The position numbers were made by a program, and so were the translations under genes. This document shows positions 1 through 8,432 of a stretch of 64,000 nt of DNA, in pieces. Origin of the DNA: Salibacteraceae bacterium (GTDB taxonomy: Bacteria; Bacteroidota; Bacteroidia; Flavobacteriales_G; Salibacteraceae). The notes under the pieces are model-generated. The model saw only the letters and a list, made by a program, of their open reading frames with translations. It had not been told where the DNA came from and searched no databases. Location: NCBI GenBank assembly GCA_965661115.1, contig CBFICO010000004.1:1058-65057 (forward strand), read 5' to 3'. How positions within the stretch are numbered: position 1 is the stretch's first letter; each line of letters opens with the position of its first letter.

Positions 1-77
1 GGCAGAATTTACAAAAAGTAATTTTGGATTTGTACTGAGAGGCAACCGTAAATTCTGGAAGAGGTTTAAAAAATTAT

Positions 78-710
78 CTAACTATACCGCCTCTTAATAA
101 TCGTAACAAACTCTTCTGCAACTTCATTGTCTGCTGTCCAGCCAAATTGGGGTATGTATTTGGCTTGAATGAGGCGCATGGCATCATCAAAAGAACTTAA
201 GTGGTTAAACTCGTTAATTGCACGAACAAATTCTTGTCCGTCACCACCAAAAAGTTCGTTAGTGTAATAGAAGCGTTCGTTTAACCCAAAAGCATTTCTT
301 AAATCGCTAATGGCATTATTTGCGAGCATTTCCGCTACTTCAATTTGTTCTTGGGGAGCAGCTTTAGCCGTTGATTGAACAACAGGTTGTTCTTGAGGCT
401 TTTCTTCCACCTCAACGGGTTCGAGTTCAGGCTCAATTGTAGGTGCTGGTGGTTCGTTTATTACCGATTCCAGAGTTCCTAATTCAGGTTTTTGTTCCTC
501 TGCTGGAATAGGTTGCTCTTCTATAGCTTGTTCTTCCTCCACGTTTTTAATTACCTGAAAAGCAGCAACCGCCTTAAGCAACTCTGTACTTACTCGAATA
601 TACGCTTGCAAATCATCAATGCTATTCTGGTCTTGCACACTTGGCAAGGCCAACAGCTCTTTTTTGAGCAATTCGATTTGAGCTTTTATTTCTTCGATTT
701 TCTGTTGCAT
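78..710 (-). CDS. hypothetical protein (N-terminal coiled coil, acidic Glu/Pro-rich linker, conserved C-terminal domain)
   Basis: 210-aa ORF divergent from tdk. It has a heptad-like MQQKIEEIKAQIELLKKELL stretch and a low-complexity EEQPIPAEEQKPE...EPELEPVEVEEKPQEQP linker. No catalytic motif recognised. Confidence 0.55.
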   Translation of the reverse strand: MQQKIEEIKAQIELLKKELLALPSVQDQNSIDDLQAYIRVSTELLKAVAAFQVIKNVEEEQAIEEQPIPAEEQKPELGTLESVINEPPAPTIEPELEPVEVEEKPQEQPVVQSTAKAAPQEQIEVAEMLANNAISDLRNAFGLNERFYYTNELFGGDGQEFVRAINEFNHLSSFDDAMRLIQAKYIPQFGWTADNEVAEEFVTIIKRRYS

Positions 711-792
711 CGATAACTAACGCTGAGGGTCACAAATTTATTTTAATTATTAAGATAGTTCCTGCAATATAGCAGCAAAATAAACAGTTGAT

Positions 793-800
793 TAGCTTTG
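793..800 (+). promoter_or_regulatory. candidate Bacteroidota -7 promoter box (TAnnTTTG) for tdk
   Basis: TAGCTTTG lies 10 nt upstream of the tdk ATG and matches the Bacteroidetes sigma-A -7 consensus TAnnTTTG. No clear -33 element seen. Confidence 0.35.
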
Positions 801-810
801 CGTAACTACA

Positions 811-1407
811 ATGTTTCTAGAGAATAAAATAGAGAAAGAGAATAAGGTTGGCTGGATAGAAGTCATCTGCGGATCTATGTTTTCTGGTAAAACTGAAGAA
901 CTTATACGCCGAATGAAGCGAGCTCAGTTTGCGAAACAAAAAGTAGAAATTTTTAAACCTCAAATAGATACGCGTTATTCTGATGAAGAGGTAGTATCGC
1001 ACGACGAAAACGCAATTCAGAGTACCCCAGTACCAAGTTCCAACAACATTTTGCTTTTAGCAGATAATGTTGAAGTGGTTGGGATTGATGAGGCACAATT
1101 TTTCGACGATAACTTACCTAATGTTTGTAATCAGCTGGCTAATTCGGGTATAAGAGTGATTGTAGCCGGGTTAGATATGGATTTTAAAGGGCAACCTTTT
1201 GGACCCATGCCACATCTAATGGCCATTGCGGAGTACGTTACCAAAGTACACGCAATATGTGTAAAAACTGGAAAGCTGGCCAACTACTCTCACCGATTAA
1301 CCAATAATGACGGGTTGGTTGAGTTAGGTGCAACAGAGAACTATCAGCCGCTTTCTAGAGAAGCCTACTTTGAAGCACTACGAAAAGAAGCCGAAAACGA
1401 AAAATAG
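811..1407 (+). CDS. tdk: thymidine kinase
   Basis: P-loop [25 protein letters not shown]-terminal Cys/His region; 198 aa is typical for the family. Confidence 0.95.
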   Translation: MFLENKIEKENKVGWIEVICGSMFSGKTEELIRRMKRAQFAKQKVEIFKPQIDTRYSDEEVVSHDENAIQSTPVPSSNNILLLADNVEVVGIDEAQFFDDNLPNVCNQLANSGIRVIVAGLDMDFKGQPFGPMPHLMAIAEYVTKVHAICVKTGKLANYSHRLTNNDGLVELGATENYQPLSREAYFEALRKEAENEK

Positions 1408-2502
1408 ATGGCCGGTTTTAGAGATTCGGTGGTACAAATAATCGAGCAAAGCTTGTTCGATAACATGTCTATTTATAAGCAACGATTAAAAAATAATCAA
1501 GCCATTATTTTAGTTCTAAAAGCCAATGCGTACGGAGCAGGTTGTGTTAGAGTTGCGGAAATATTTGAATCTGAAAATGCTGTCGAGTATTATGCTGTTG
1601 CCAGTATAGACGAAGGCTTAGAATTGCGAAATGCTGGTATTAAAAAACCAATCATGATACTTAATATGGATATTGGTTTATTTGATCAAGCTATTGACTA
1701 TAATCTTGAGCCGGTTTTAATAAACCCGGCATATACCGAAGCTTTAATCTCTGTTTCAAAAAACACGAACAAACAAATAGACGTTCATATAAACCTGGAT
1801 ACCGGAATGCATCGGGTTGGCTATAAACCTGATGAAATAGAATTTTTAGGAGCTCAACTTACTGAAAACCCTAACCTCTGCGTTAAAAGCATATTTAGCC
1901 ATTACGTAGCATCGGGCAATGAAGCTTTTGATTATTACAGCTTAAAACAACTGGATGAATTTAACGCTTTGGCTAAGTCATTAACATCCATTGTTAAAAC
2001 TGATGCCAAATTACATATGGCCAATACAGGTGCAGCCGAACGTTTTGTGCACGAAAACTTAGACTTACAACGTATTGGCATTGGTATGTACGGAATTGCT
2101 GCTACCAACATACATCTTGAAAATGTTTTTTCTTGGAAAACAAAAGTGGCACACATTCAAAGTATTGAACCTGGCGAAACCGTTAGTTATAACAGAACCT
2201 GGACCGCAGAAAGAACAAGCAAAATAGCTACTGTTTTTGTGGGCTATGCCGATGGCTTAAACCGCAAACTATCTAACGGAAATTGGAGCCTAAAATGGAA
2301 TGGGAAAGCACTGCCTATAGTTGGTGACATTTGCATGGATTTATGCATGGTTGATGCAACAGGTTATGATGTGCAAATAGGCGACGAGCTTACCATCCTT
2401 GGCTCAATAAAAGATATTCGCAAAATGTGCGAGGTAATTGATACCATTCCGTACGAGATTCTCACCTCCATATCTCCTAGAATAAATAGGGTTTACCTAT
2501 AA
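1408..2502 (+). CDS. alr: alanine racemase
   Basis: PLP-lysine motif VLKANAYGAG, 364 aa. The ATG directly abuts the tdk stop (TAGATG). Confidence 0.92.
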   Translation: MAGFRDSVVQIIEQSLFDNMSIYKQRLKNNQAIILVLKANAYGAGCVRVAEIFESENAVEYYAVASIDEGLELRNAGIKKPIMILNMDIGLFDQAIDYNLEPVLINPAYTEALISVSKNTNKQIDVHINLDTGMHRVGYKPDEIEFLGAQLTENPNLCVKSIFSHYVASGNEAFDYYSLKQLDEFNALAKSLTSIVKTDAKLHMANTGAAERFVHENLDLQRIGIGMYGIAATNIHLENVFSWKTKVAHIQSIEPGETVSYNRTWTAERTSKIATVFVGYADGLNRKLSNGNWSLKWNGKALPIVGDICMDLCMVDATGYDVQIGDELTILGSIKDIRKMCEVIDTIPYEILTSISPRINRVYL

Positions 2503-2593
2503 TCCAACAATCTGATTTTTAATCACTTAATAATCATTACTAAAGTTTGGCACAGATTTGGATTATGTGCAGGTGAATTTAAAATTAGTAGTC

Positions 2594-3430
2594 ATGAAAA
2601 CACTTAAAAAGCCATTGTTAGGATTAGCAGTTTTAGCACTTTTCGCTTTTGATGAGCGCATAGTGTTAGAAAAAATGCCTACAAAATTTGCGGATCAAAA
2701 ATTGTCCAAGGTAAAGCCATTTAAAGAAGGTGAAAAAATTTCTTACCTAGCACACTACGGATGGTTAGATGCTGGTACTGCGGATTTAACTATTAAAAGA
2801 CAAGACACCACTATTGATGGAAACCCAGTTTTTCATGCTGTTGGTGAAGGTAAAACTTTGAATGTTTTTGAATGGTTTTACAAAGTGCGAGATGTTTACG
2901 AAACGTATTTAGATGAAAATACTCTTGCTCCTAGAAAGTTTAAGAGAAGAGTTAACGAAGGTGGCTACATCATAAACAGAGACTATCACTTTGAGCCTGA
3001 AAAAGGGCATGTAAACACTAAGGCAAAAGGTCAGATAAAAACTCCTAGTGATGTTCAAGATATGTTGAGTAGCTTCTACTACTTAAGAGCTTTGGACTTT
3101 AGCGATGCAAAACCTGGTCAGATATACAGAATAAACGCTTTTATGGATTACGAAATGTGGCCTTTTTACGTTAAGTACAAAGGGATTGAAGAGGTTACCG
3201 TGAACATGGGAACTTACAGATGTCACAAATTTGTACCAGTTGTTCAAGAAGGTAGAGTTTTCAAGAGTGAAGAAGACATGAATGTTTGGGTAACTGATGA
3301 TGCTAACAAAATTCCTATCCTACTTGAGAGTAAGATTTTGGTAGGAAGCGTGAAACTAGAAATAACTGGATATAGCAACTTAGTTGCACCAATTGCAAAA
3401 GTTGAAAAGAAAAAAAGAGGATGGTTCTAA
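2594..3430 (+). CDS. DUF3108-like secreted protein
   Basis: Signal-peptide-like MKTLKKPLLGLAVLALFA. GEKISYLAHYGWLDAGTADLTI and the C-terminal beta-rich region resemble DUF3108. Start moved from 2558 to the internal ATG that begins the signal peptide. Confidence 0.65.
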   Translation: MKTLKKPLLGLAVLALFAFDERIVLEKMPTKFADQKLSKVKPFKEGEKISYLAHYGWLDAGTADLTIKRQDTTIDGNPVFHAVGEGKTLNVFEWFYKVRDVYETYLDENTLAPRKFKRRVNEGGYIINRDYHFEPEKGHVNTKAKGQIKTPSDVQDMLSSFYYLRALDFSDAKPGQIYRINAFMDYEMWPFYVKYKGIEEVTVNMGTYRCHKFVPVVQEGRVFKSEEDMNVWVTDDANKIPILLESKILVGSVKLEITGYSNLVAPIAKVEKKKRGWF

Positions 3431-3451
3431 CCCTCCGATTTACTTCCAGAT

Positions 3452-3481
3452 AAAGCGCCTCAATATTGAGGCGCTTTTTTT
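3452..3481 (+). terminator. rho-independent terminator after the DUF3108 gene
   Basis: AAAGCGCCTCA-atat-TGAGGCGCTTT perfect hairpin followed by a T-run. Confidence 0.8.
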
Positions 3482-3488
3482 AGATAAC

Positions 3489-3622
3489 GTTGCAGAATAT
3501 CTCGGAATTACTCGTCATTCCTTGCGTGACAAGGAATCTAGAATAGTACTTAGATTCCTGTTTTCACAGGAATGACGCGATTATTTTCTTGACAATATCA
3601 TTGACCCACAATATTCTACAAC
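3489..3622. mobile_element. 134-bp MITE-like palindromic element, copy A
   Basis: Terminal inverted repeats are GTTGCAGAATAT (3489-3500) and ATATTCTACAAC (3611-3622). The core CGTCATTCCTTGcgtgaCAAGGAATCTA...TAGATTCCTGttttcaCAGGAATGACG forms two hairpins. Its reverse complement aligns along the full length with the element at 37327-37460. Confidence 0.75.
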
Positions 3623-3659
3623 CCTCCTTTTTTTATTCCTCAATGTGAAATAAGCCCAT

Positions 3660-3667
3660 TACATTTG
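3660..3667 (+). promoter_or_regulatory. candidate -7 promoter box (TAnnTTTG)
   Basis: TACATTTG lies 23 nt upstream of the ATG at 3691. Confidence 0.35.
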
Positions 3668-3690
3668 TTTGAGTAAAAACTAAACATGTT

Positions 3691-4785
3691 ATGCTACAAA
3701 CAACACACTGGAAACAAATCTGGAGTTTAATCGCCTTAAATGCAGCGATAGTTATTTCATGGATTGCCTACCACAATTACCAACCCCAATTGCTTGATCA
3801 GTTTAATTACAATGGATACGAGTCTTTCTTGCACAAAGCAAAACTGCTTATCCTGCTAATTGTTCCGCCTTTGGCTGGATTTGTGGCTGATCGTTTTTAC
3901 AAACCTAACGACAAGCGAATTCCGCTAGTTACTTCCGGAGTAAGTTTTACGGCTTTGGTTTTTATGGTAGTTGCCAGCACCATTGGCGCAAATCCAATTT
4001 TCGATTTAAGCCTATACCTTCCGGTTATGTTGGTAATTTGGTTAATATCTATGAACCTCTTTTATGCACCAGCCCTGGCTATGCTTGAGAAATTTGTTCC
4101 TAGAGCTCAGTTTGCGGTTGTAATGGGTTTGTATGTTTTGAGTACCGACCTGGTATATGCCCTGGAGCCCGCTATTGTATTGCTGATTGAGGCATTGGGA
4201 GCACCCATCACTTTTGTGTTTGGAGGTACTATAGTGTTGGTTACCGGAATTTGGTTTGGGCAAAATTTTAAGTCTTGGTCTAAGCTATCTGATGACCATA
4301 AAAAGCGATTTGAGCCTGGAGAAGAAGGTGTAAAAGGAATTCAACCGTTGAAAATTTGGGGTTTGGCTTTCTTATTTGGTGTGGTGTTCGCTTACCTAAT
4401 TAACATACTTCCAAATCAAATAGAATTAAAACTTATTAGGGCTGACATTGGCGATTATACTGGAGAAGTTATTGTAAGCGCCTTCTTGCTTATTACTGCA
4501 TTCTCTGCTTGGGTACTATCAAAACGCATTGACGAAAACAACATAAAAAACACCTTTATCATATCCTTTGTTTTGGCCACTGTGTTTTTTGTAATAAGCG
4601 CATATCTAAAAGAAGTTGCAGCGCTATTTCCTCTTCTGTTAGCAATTCCTGCACTTGCACTTTTATCCGTATGTGCATTTCCAATGGCAATGAACAAAGC
4701 AGGATTAAAGCATAAAATGCTAGCGGCTGGATTGTTTATTTCTGGCGCTGAGTTTCCGGATAGTTTTATGGAAATGTTTTTCTAA
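3691..4785 (+). CDS. polytopic membrane protein, MFS-transporter-like
   Basis: 364 aa with about 10 hydrophobic helices and a central charged loop (KLSDDHKKRFEPGEEGVKG) as in MFS proteins. Family not verified. Confidence 0.5.
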   Translation: MLQTTHWKQIWSLIALNAAIVISWIAYHNYQPQLLDQFNYNGYESFLHKAKLLILLIVPPLAGFVADRFYKPNDKRIPLVTSGVSFTALVFMVVASTIGANPIFDLSLYLPVMLVIWLISMNLFYAPALAMLEKFVPRAQFAVVMGLYVLSTDLVYALEPAIVLLIEALGAPITFVFGGTIVLVTGIWFGQNFKSWSKLSDDHKKRFEPGEEGVKGIQPLKIWGLAFLFGVVFAYLINILPNQIELKLIRADIGDYTGEVIVSAFLLITAFSAWVLSKRIDENNIKNTFIISFVLATVFFVISAYLKEVAALFPLLLAIPALALLSVCAFPMAMNKAGLKHKMLAAGLFISGAEFPDSFMEMFF

Positions 4786-5411
4786 TCTTTTTTTCGCTTT
4801 AAACCAAAAGTCATTATTGGGTAATCTACTTCTGTAGAAACTACCTGCCCTCTTTTATAATGGTAAGTTGTTTTTCTACCAGAGAGCTTATCTACTATAT
4901 CGTGACTATTTTTCGCTGACTCTTCAATTTTGTTAAAATGCCCATACAATTCGGCATAATTGTAAGCGTACTTAATATCATCTAAAGGCTCATTAAAGAA
5001 TAACATAGTTGATGTTACAAAAATGGCAGGTACATTAAGCAACTCATTGCGTTCGTTGCCATCCTCATCTATTCTGTGCAATTTGTAATTATTTCCAACA
5101 AAAACAGTATGATTGAATTCGCGCAACTTTCCATTTACAAAAACATCAACATGGCAGAGCACCATAGTGTCTTTATAAAACTTTGATTTGGTTATAAATT
5201 GCACCTTGTACTTGCTGAATAAATACGGTACCTCAACGTCGGAAATTGCATCGTAAATTGTAGAGTCTCCCTTTGTTTCTTTAGTTACCGTGTACTCACC
5301 TAAATCAAAAAAAGCAGCACCAATTGAGTAGCGTAAAGTAGTTTTTTGGGCAACCGCTTCCACAGTAAAAAAACAAACGAGAAATAAGGGTAAAAACTTC
5401 AACATCTTCAT
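4782..5411 (-). CDS. secreted hypothetical protein (DUF3108/DUF6134-like beta protein)
   Basis: Signal peptide MKMLKFLPLFLVCFFTVEAVAQ, 209 aa. Convergent 4-nt overlap with the preceding gene. Confidence 0.55.
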   Translation of the reverse strand: MKMLKFLPLFLVCFFTVEAVAQKTTLRYSIGAAFFDLGEYTVTKETKGDSTIYDAISDVEVPYLFSKYKVQFITKSKFYKDTMVLCHVDVFVNGKLREFNHTVFVGNNYKLHRIDEDGNERNELLNVPAIFVTSTMLFFNEPLDDIKYAYNYAELYGHFNKIEESAKNSHDIVDKLSGRKTTYHYKRGQVVSTEVDYPIMTFGLKRKKD

Positions 5412-5492
5412 AAATCAAAATAAACAGAAATCTGTTTACAATAAGCTCGCCAGTAAAATTGGTCTACCTATTAAATAGGCACTTTTGGTGAT

Positions 5493-6758
5493 ATGCGAAT
5501 TGGAATAATTCTATGGCAAGTTTTAATACTGTTTTCTATTGGAATAATAGGTTGCGGTGAGAATGACAACACTGCAGATGTTAGTTTGCCTACAGATACA
5601 ATTGCAGTTCCTAAAGCGAATATGGCATATGGTCTTAATCTAGATTCCTTTATTGTAAAAGAAGGGACGATTAAGAAGAACCAAGTTATTTCTGAAATTC
5701 TTTTACTTAACCATATCCCCTGGCCAGAGATAGATAGGTTATCTAAAAAAGCAAAAGATGTGTACGATTTGCGCAAGCTGAGAAGTGGAAAAAACTACAC
5801 CGTGCTTTGCAAAAAAGACAGCACAGAAAAGGCTCAATATTTTATTTACGAGGCCAATGCAATTGATTATGTAGTCTTTGACTTACGAGATACTATGAAC
5901 GTTGCAATTGCGCAAAAAGAAGTAACTGTAAAACGTAGAGAAGTTGCTGGAGTTATCAATTCATCCTTGTATCAAACCCTAATTGATATTAATTGTAGCG
6001 CAGGCTTAGCCATGGAATTGTCCGAAATTTATGCTTGGAGTATTGACTTTTACCGAATTCAAAAGGGAGATAAATTTAAAGTGGTTTTTAACGAAAAATG
6101 GGTAGAAGATACCCGCGTTGGGGTTGGTGGTATTGAATGTGCATTATTTGTACATCACAACGAAAACTTTTACGCTTTTCCGTTTGAGCAGAATAACGTT
6201 ACTGACTATTTTGATGAGAACGCAAAGAGTTTGCGTAAAGCATTTTTAAAATCACCGTTAAAGTTTGGAAGAATTAGTTCAAGCTTCACTATGCGCAGAT
6301 ATCACCCCGTTCAAAAGCGCTGGAAAGCCCATTTAGGAACCGATTACGCGGCACCGAAAGGAACGCCAATTCTAGCGGTTGGCGATGGAAAAGTAATAGA
6401 AGCTCGCTATAAAAAATTCAACGGGAATTACGTTAAGATTAAACATAACAGCACCTACACTACTCAGTATTTGCACATGTCCAAATTTGCAAAAGGTATT
6501 CGGTCTGGTAAGTATGTTCGGCAAGGTGATGTTATTGGCTATGTAGGTAGCACTGGGTTAGCTACTGGTCCGCATGTATGCTTCCGATTCTGGAAAAACG
6601 GAAAGCAAGTAAACCACAGAACTCAAAAGCTCCCTGCTTCTCTACCTGTAAAAAAAGAGTTGCTTCCATCTTTCAATAGCATAAAGGACTCTCTTAAAAT
6701 TCAATTAGATGCAATTCCGTTTGAGGAAGCAAAACCTAAAGAAATTGCTATGAAATAA
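5493..6758 (+). CDS. M23 family metallopeptidase (lipoprotein)
   Basis: HLGTDYAAPKGTPILAVGDGKV and GSTGLATGPHVCFRFWKNG motifs (HxxxD...HxH type). N-terminal lipobox-like IGIIGC. Confidence 0.88.
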   Translation: MRIGIILWQVLILFSIGIIGCGENDNTADVSLPTDTIAVPKANMAYGLNLDSFIVKEGTIKKNQVISEILLLNHIPWPEIDRLSKKAKDVYDLRKLRSGKNYTVLCKKDSTEKAQYFIYEANAIDYVVFDLRDTMNVAIAQKEVTVKRREVAGVINSSLYQTLIDINCSAGLAMELSEIYAWSIDFYRIQKGDKFKVVFNEKWVEDTRVGVGGIECALFVHHNENFYAFPFEQNNVTDYFDENAKSLRKAFLKSPLKFGRISSSFTMRRYHPVQKRWKAHLGTDYAAPKGTPILAVGDGKVIEARYKKFNGNYVKIKHNSTYTTQYLHMSKFAKGIRSGKYVRQGDVIGYVGSTGLATGPHVCFRFWKNGKQVNHRTQKLPASLPVKKELLPSFNSIKDSLKIQLDAIPFEEAKPKEIAMK

Positions 6759-6794
6759 TTTTTTTATCCATTTGGTTTATTTTATAAACTAGTT

Positions 6795-6802
6795 TATATT
6801 TG
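6795..6802 (+). promoter_or_regulatory. candidate -7 promoter box (TAnnTTTG)
   Basis: TATATTTG lies 16 nt upstream of the small ORF ATG at 6819. Confidence 0.4.
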
Positions 6803-6818
6803 ACAAAAATTTAAGATT

Positions 6819-6983
6819 ATGAATACTGGATTTGCAATTGCCGCTGGGTCAATGATTGGTTTGGGCCTAGGATTTTTGATGAACAACATGTTGCCTTACC
6901 TTATGATAGGCACTGGTTGTGGGTTTCTTTTAGCGTTATCTCTAAACAGAAAAAACCAAAAAGACAACAACGATGAAAACTGA
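6819..6983 (+). CDS. small Gly-rich membrane protein (54 aa), absent from the ORF track
   Basis: ATG at 6819, TGA at 6981-6983. Translation is MNTGFAIAAGSMIGLGLGFLMNNMLPYLMIGTGCGFLLALSLNRKNQKDNNDEN, i.e. two glycine-zipper-like hydrophobic segments and a charged tail. It overlaps the next ATG (6973) and follows a TAnnTTTG box. Confidence 0.5.
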   Translation: MNTGFAIAAGSMIGLGLGFLMNNMLPYLMIGTGCGFLLALSLNRKNQKDNNDEN

Positions 6984-7545
6984 TTTTACACCGGAAGAAA
7001 GCCTTGCTGTTATCCACTCAATGATAGGCCGCACCCAACAAAATATCAGTGAGAACAGTATATTTTTTCTCATTTGGGGCTGGGCAACTTTGGCTGCCGC
7101 GCTGATTCATTATTTTCTACTTCAACATACTGGTTACCCGCACCCGTACGTTGCCTGGGGCATTTTTATGCCTACAGCCGGAGCATTGGCTGGATACTTT
7201 GGTTGGAAAAACTCAAAATCCAAGCAAATCAAAACACATTTAGACAAAAGCATTGGTTACTTGTGGGGTGGCTTTGGCGTCTATTTGTTTGTACTGCTAG
7301 TTTTTATGCACTCTATTGGCCCAACAAAAGTATATCCGCTACTTATGGCTTTGTATGCATTAGGTTGTTTTGTAATGGGTGGAATTATCCGATTCAGACC
7401 TTTAATAATTGGGGCTATAGTGTGCTGGGGAATTTCAGTTGCTGCATTTTTCTTGAGTTTCCCAAATCAACTATTGTGCTTGGCGGCAGCAATTATTGTG
7501 GCCTATTTAGTTCCAGGTTATCTGCTTAAAAAAGCCGTGCATTGA
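6973..7545 (+). CDS. integral membrane protein (about 5 TM helices)
   Basis: 190 aa and hydrophobic throughout. Its stop overlaps the TTG start of the downstream regulator (aTTGA). Confidence 0.65.
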   Translation: MKTDFTPEESLAVIHSMIGRTQQNISENSIFFLIWGWATLAAALIHYFLLQHTGYPHPYVAWGIFMPTAGALAGYFGWKNSKSKQIKTHLDKSIGYLWGGFGVYLFVLLVFMHSIGPTKVYPLLMALYALGCFVMGGIIRFRPLIIGAIVCWGISVAAFFLSFPNQLLCLAAAIIVAYLVPGYLLKKAVH

Positions 7546-7826
7546 AGAAAAAACTAGACCCTCTCTTACACAATGAATTGCGCCTATCGATAATGAGTTT
7601 ACTTGTTAATATTGAATCGGCGGAATTCAATTATTTGCTTGCCGAAACTAAAGCATCAAAGGGAAATTTGAGTGTTCAGATATCTAAACTAAAAGAGGCA
7701 AATTATATTGAGGTAAACAAGTCGTTTAAGGGTAACCTGCCACTTACCACTTGCAAAATTACAAGTATTGGGTCACAGGCATTCAGGGCCTATGTTGAGG
7801 AGATAAAAAAGTACCTTAAGCTGTAA
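7542..7826 (+). CDS. small winged-helix transcriptional regulator
   Basis: 94 aa. LDPLLHNELRLSIMSLLV...SKGNLSVQISKLKEANYIEV looks like a wHTH (ArsR/MarR-like) fold. TTG start coupled to the upstream membrane protein. Confidence 0.65.
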   Translation: MKKKLDPLLHNELRLSIMSLLVNIESAEFNYLLAETKASKGNLSVQISKLKEANYIEVNKSFKGNLPLTTCKITSIGSQAFRAYVEEIKKYLKL

Positions 7827-8432
7827 TTACTCGGTGTTTAAATGATCGGTAAATAAGATGCCATTTAAATGATCTATTTCGTGCTGAAATATTACCGAAG
7901 TAAATCCGCTCACTTCTTCAATGTGTTTCTTTCCATCCATATCTAGATATTCAATGGTAATGCTAATTGGCCTAAATACTTCCGCCTGAAAATCAGGAAT
8001 AGATAAACATCCTTCTTTACCCAGTTTTTTCTCTTCAGAGCAACTCACTATTACTGGGTTTACATAAACCTCAAAAGGGGTATTGTCTTTATCAAAGCGC
8101 TGAACTACAATAATTTGCCGTCCCAAACCAACTTGTGGCGCCGCAATACCTACTCCCATATTCGACGGGTCTTGAACCGTTTTAATTAAGCGCTTAGCAA
8201 AGTAATTGAGCTGAGCTTGGTTCTTTTGAACATCTACTTTTTTACAAGCCTTTCTCAGAAAAACCGAATCCTTTTTGTTGATTATTGTAAGCACACACAT
8301 GGGCTCATTTGGCAAGCCCTTTTCAATAAGTTTTAACTCCTTTTTCTTGAATTTTTTGGCTTTTTGAGCCGTAACATTACACCCAAGAAAAACAAGGAGA
8401 AAACTTAAAAAAACTATCCTAATCCAATACAA
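7827..8432 (-). CDS. def: peptide deformylase with N-terminal lipoprotein-type signal sequence
   Basis: All three PDF motifs are present: GVGIAAPQVG, EGCLSIP, QHEIDHLNG. The N-terminus is MYWIRIVFLSFLLVFLGCNV. An alternative internal start M45 (nt 8300) would give a canonical cytosolic form. Confidence 0.85.
   Translation of the reverse strand: MYWIRIVFLSFLLVFLGCNVTAQKAKKFKKKELKLIEKGLPNEPMCVLTIINKKDSVFLRKACKKVDVQKNQAQLNYFAKRLIKTVQDPSNMGVGIAAPQVGLGRQIIVVQRFDKDNTPFEVYVNPVIVSCSEEKKLGKEGCLSIPDFQAEVFRPISITIEYLDMDGKKHIEEVSGFTSVIFQHEIDHLNGILFTDHLNTE

Noticed and set aside
3384-3575. 63-aa ORF in the track
   Set aside because: It is a translation through the terminator and the hairpins of the 134-bp palindromic element. 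It has no start context or coding-like composition.
7074-7529. 151-aa ORF overlapping the 190-aa membrane protein in another frame on the same strand
   Set aside because: It lies entirely inside the better-supported frame, which is hydrophobic TM-rich and overlap-coupled on both sides. The alternative frame is Trp/Cys/Arg-rich noise.
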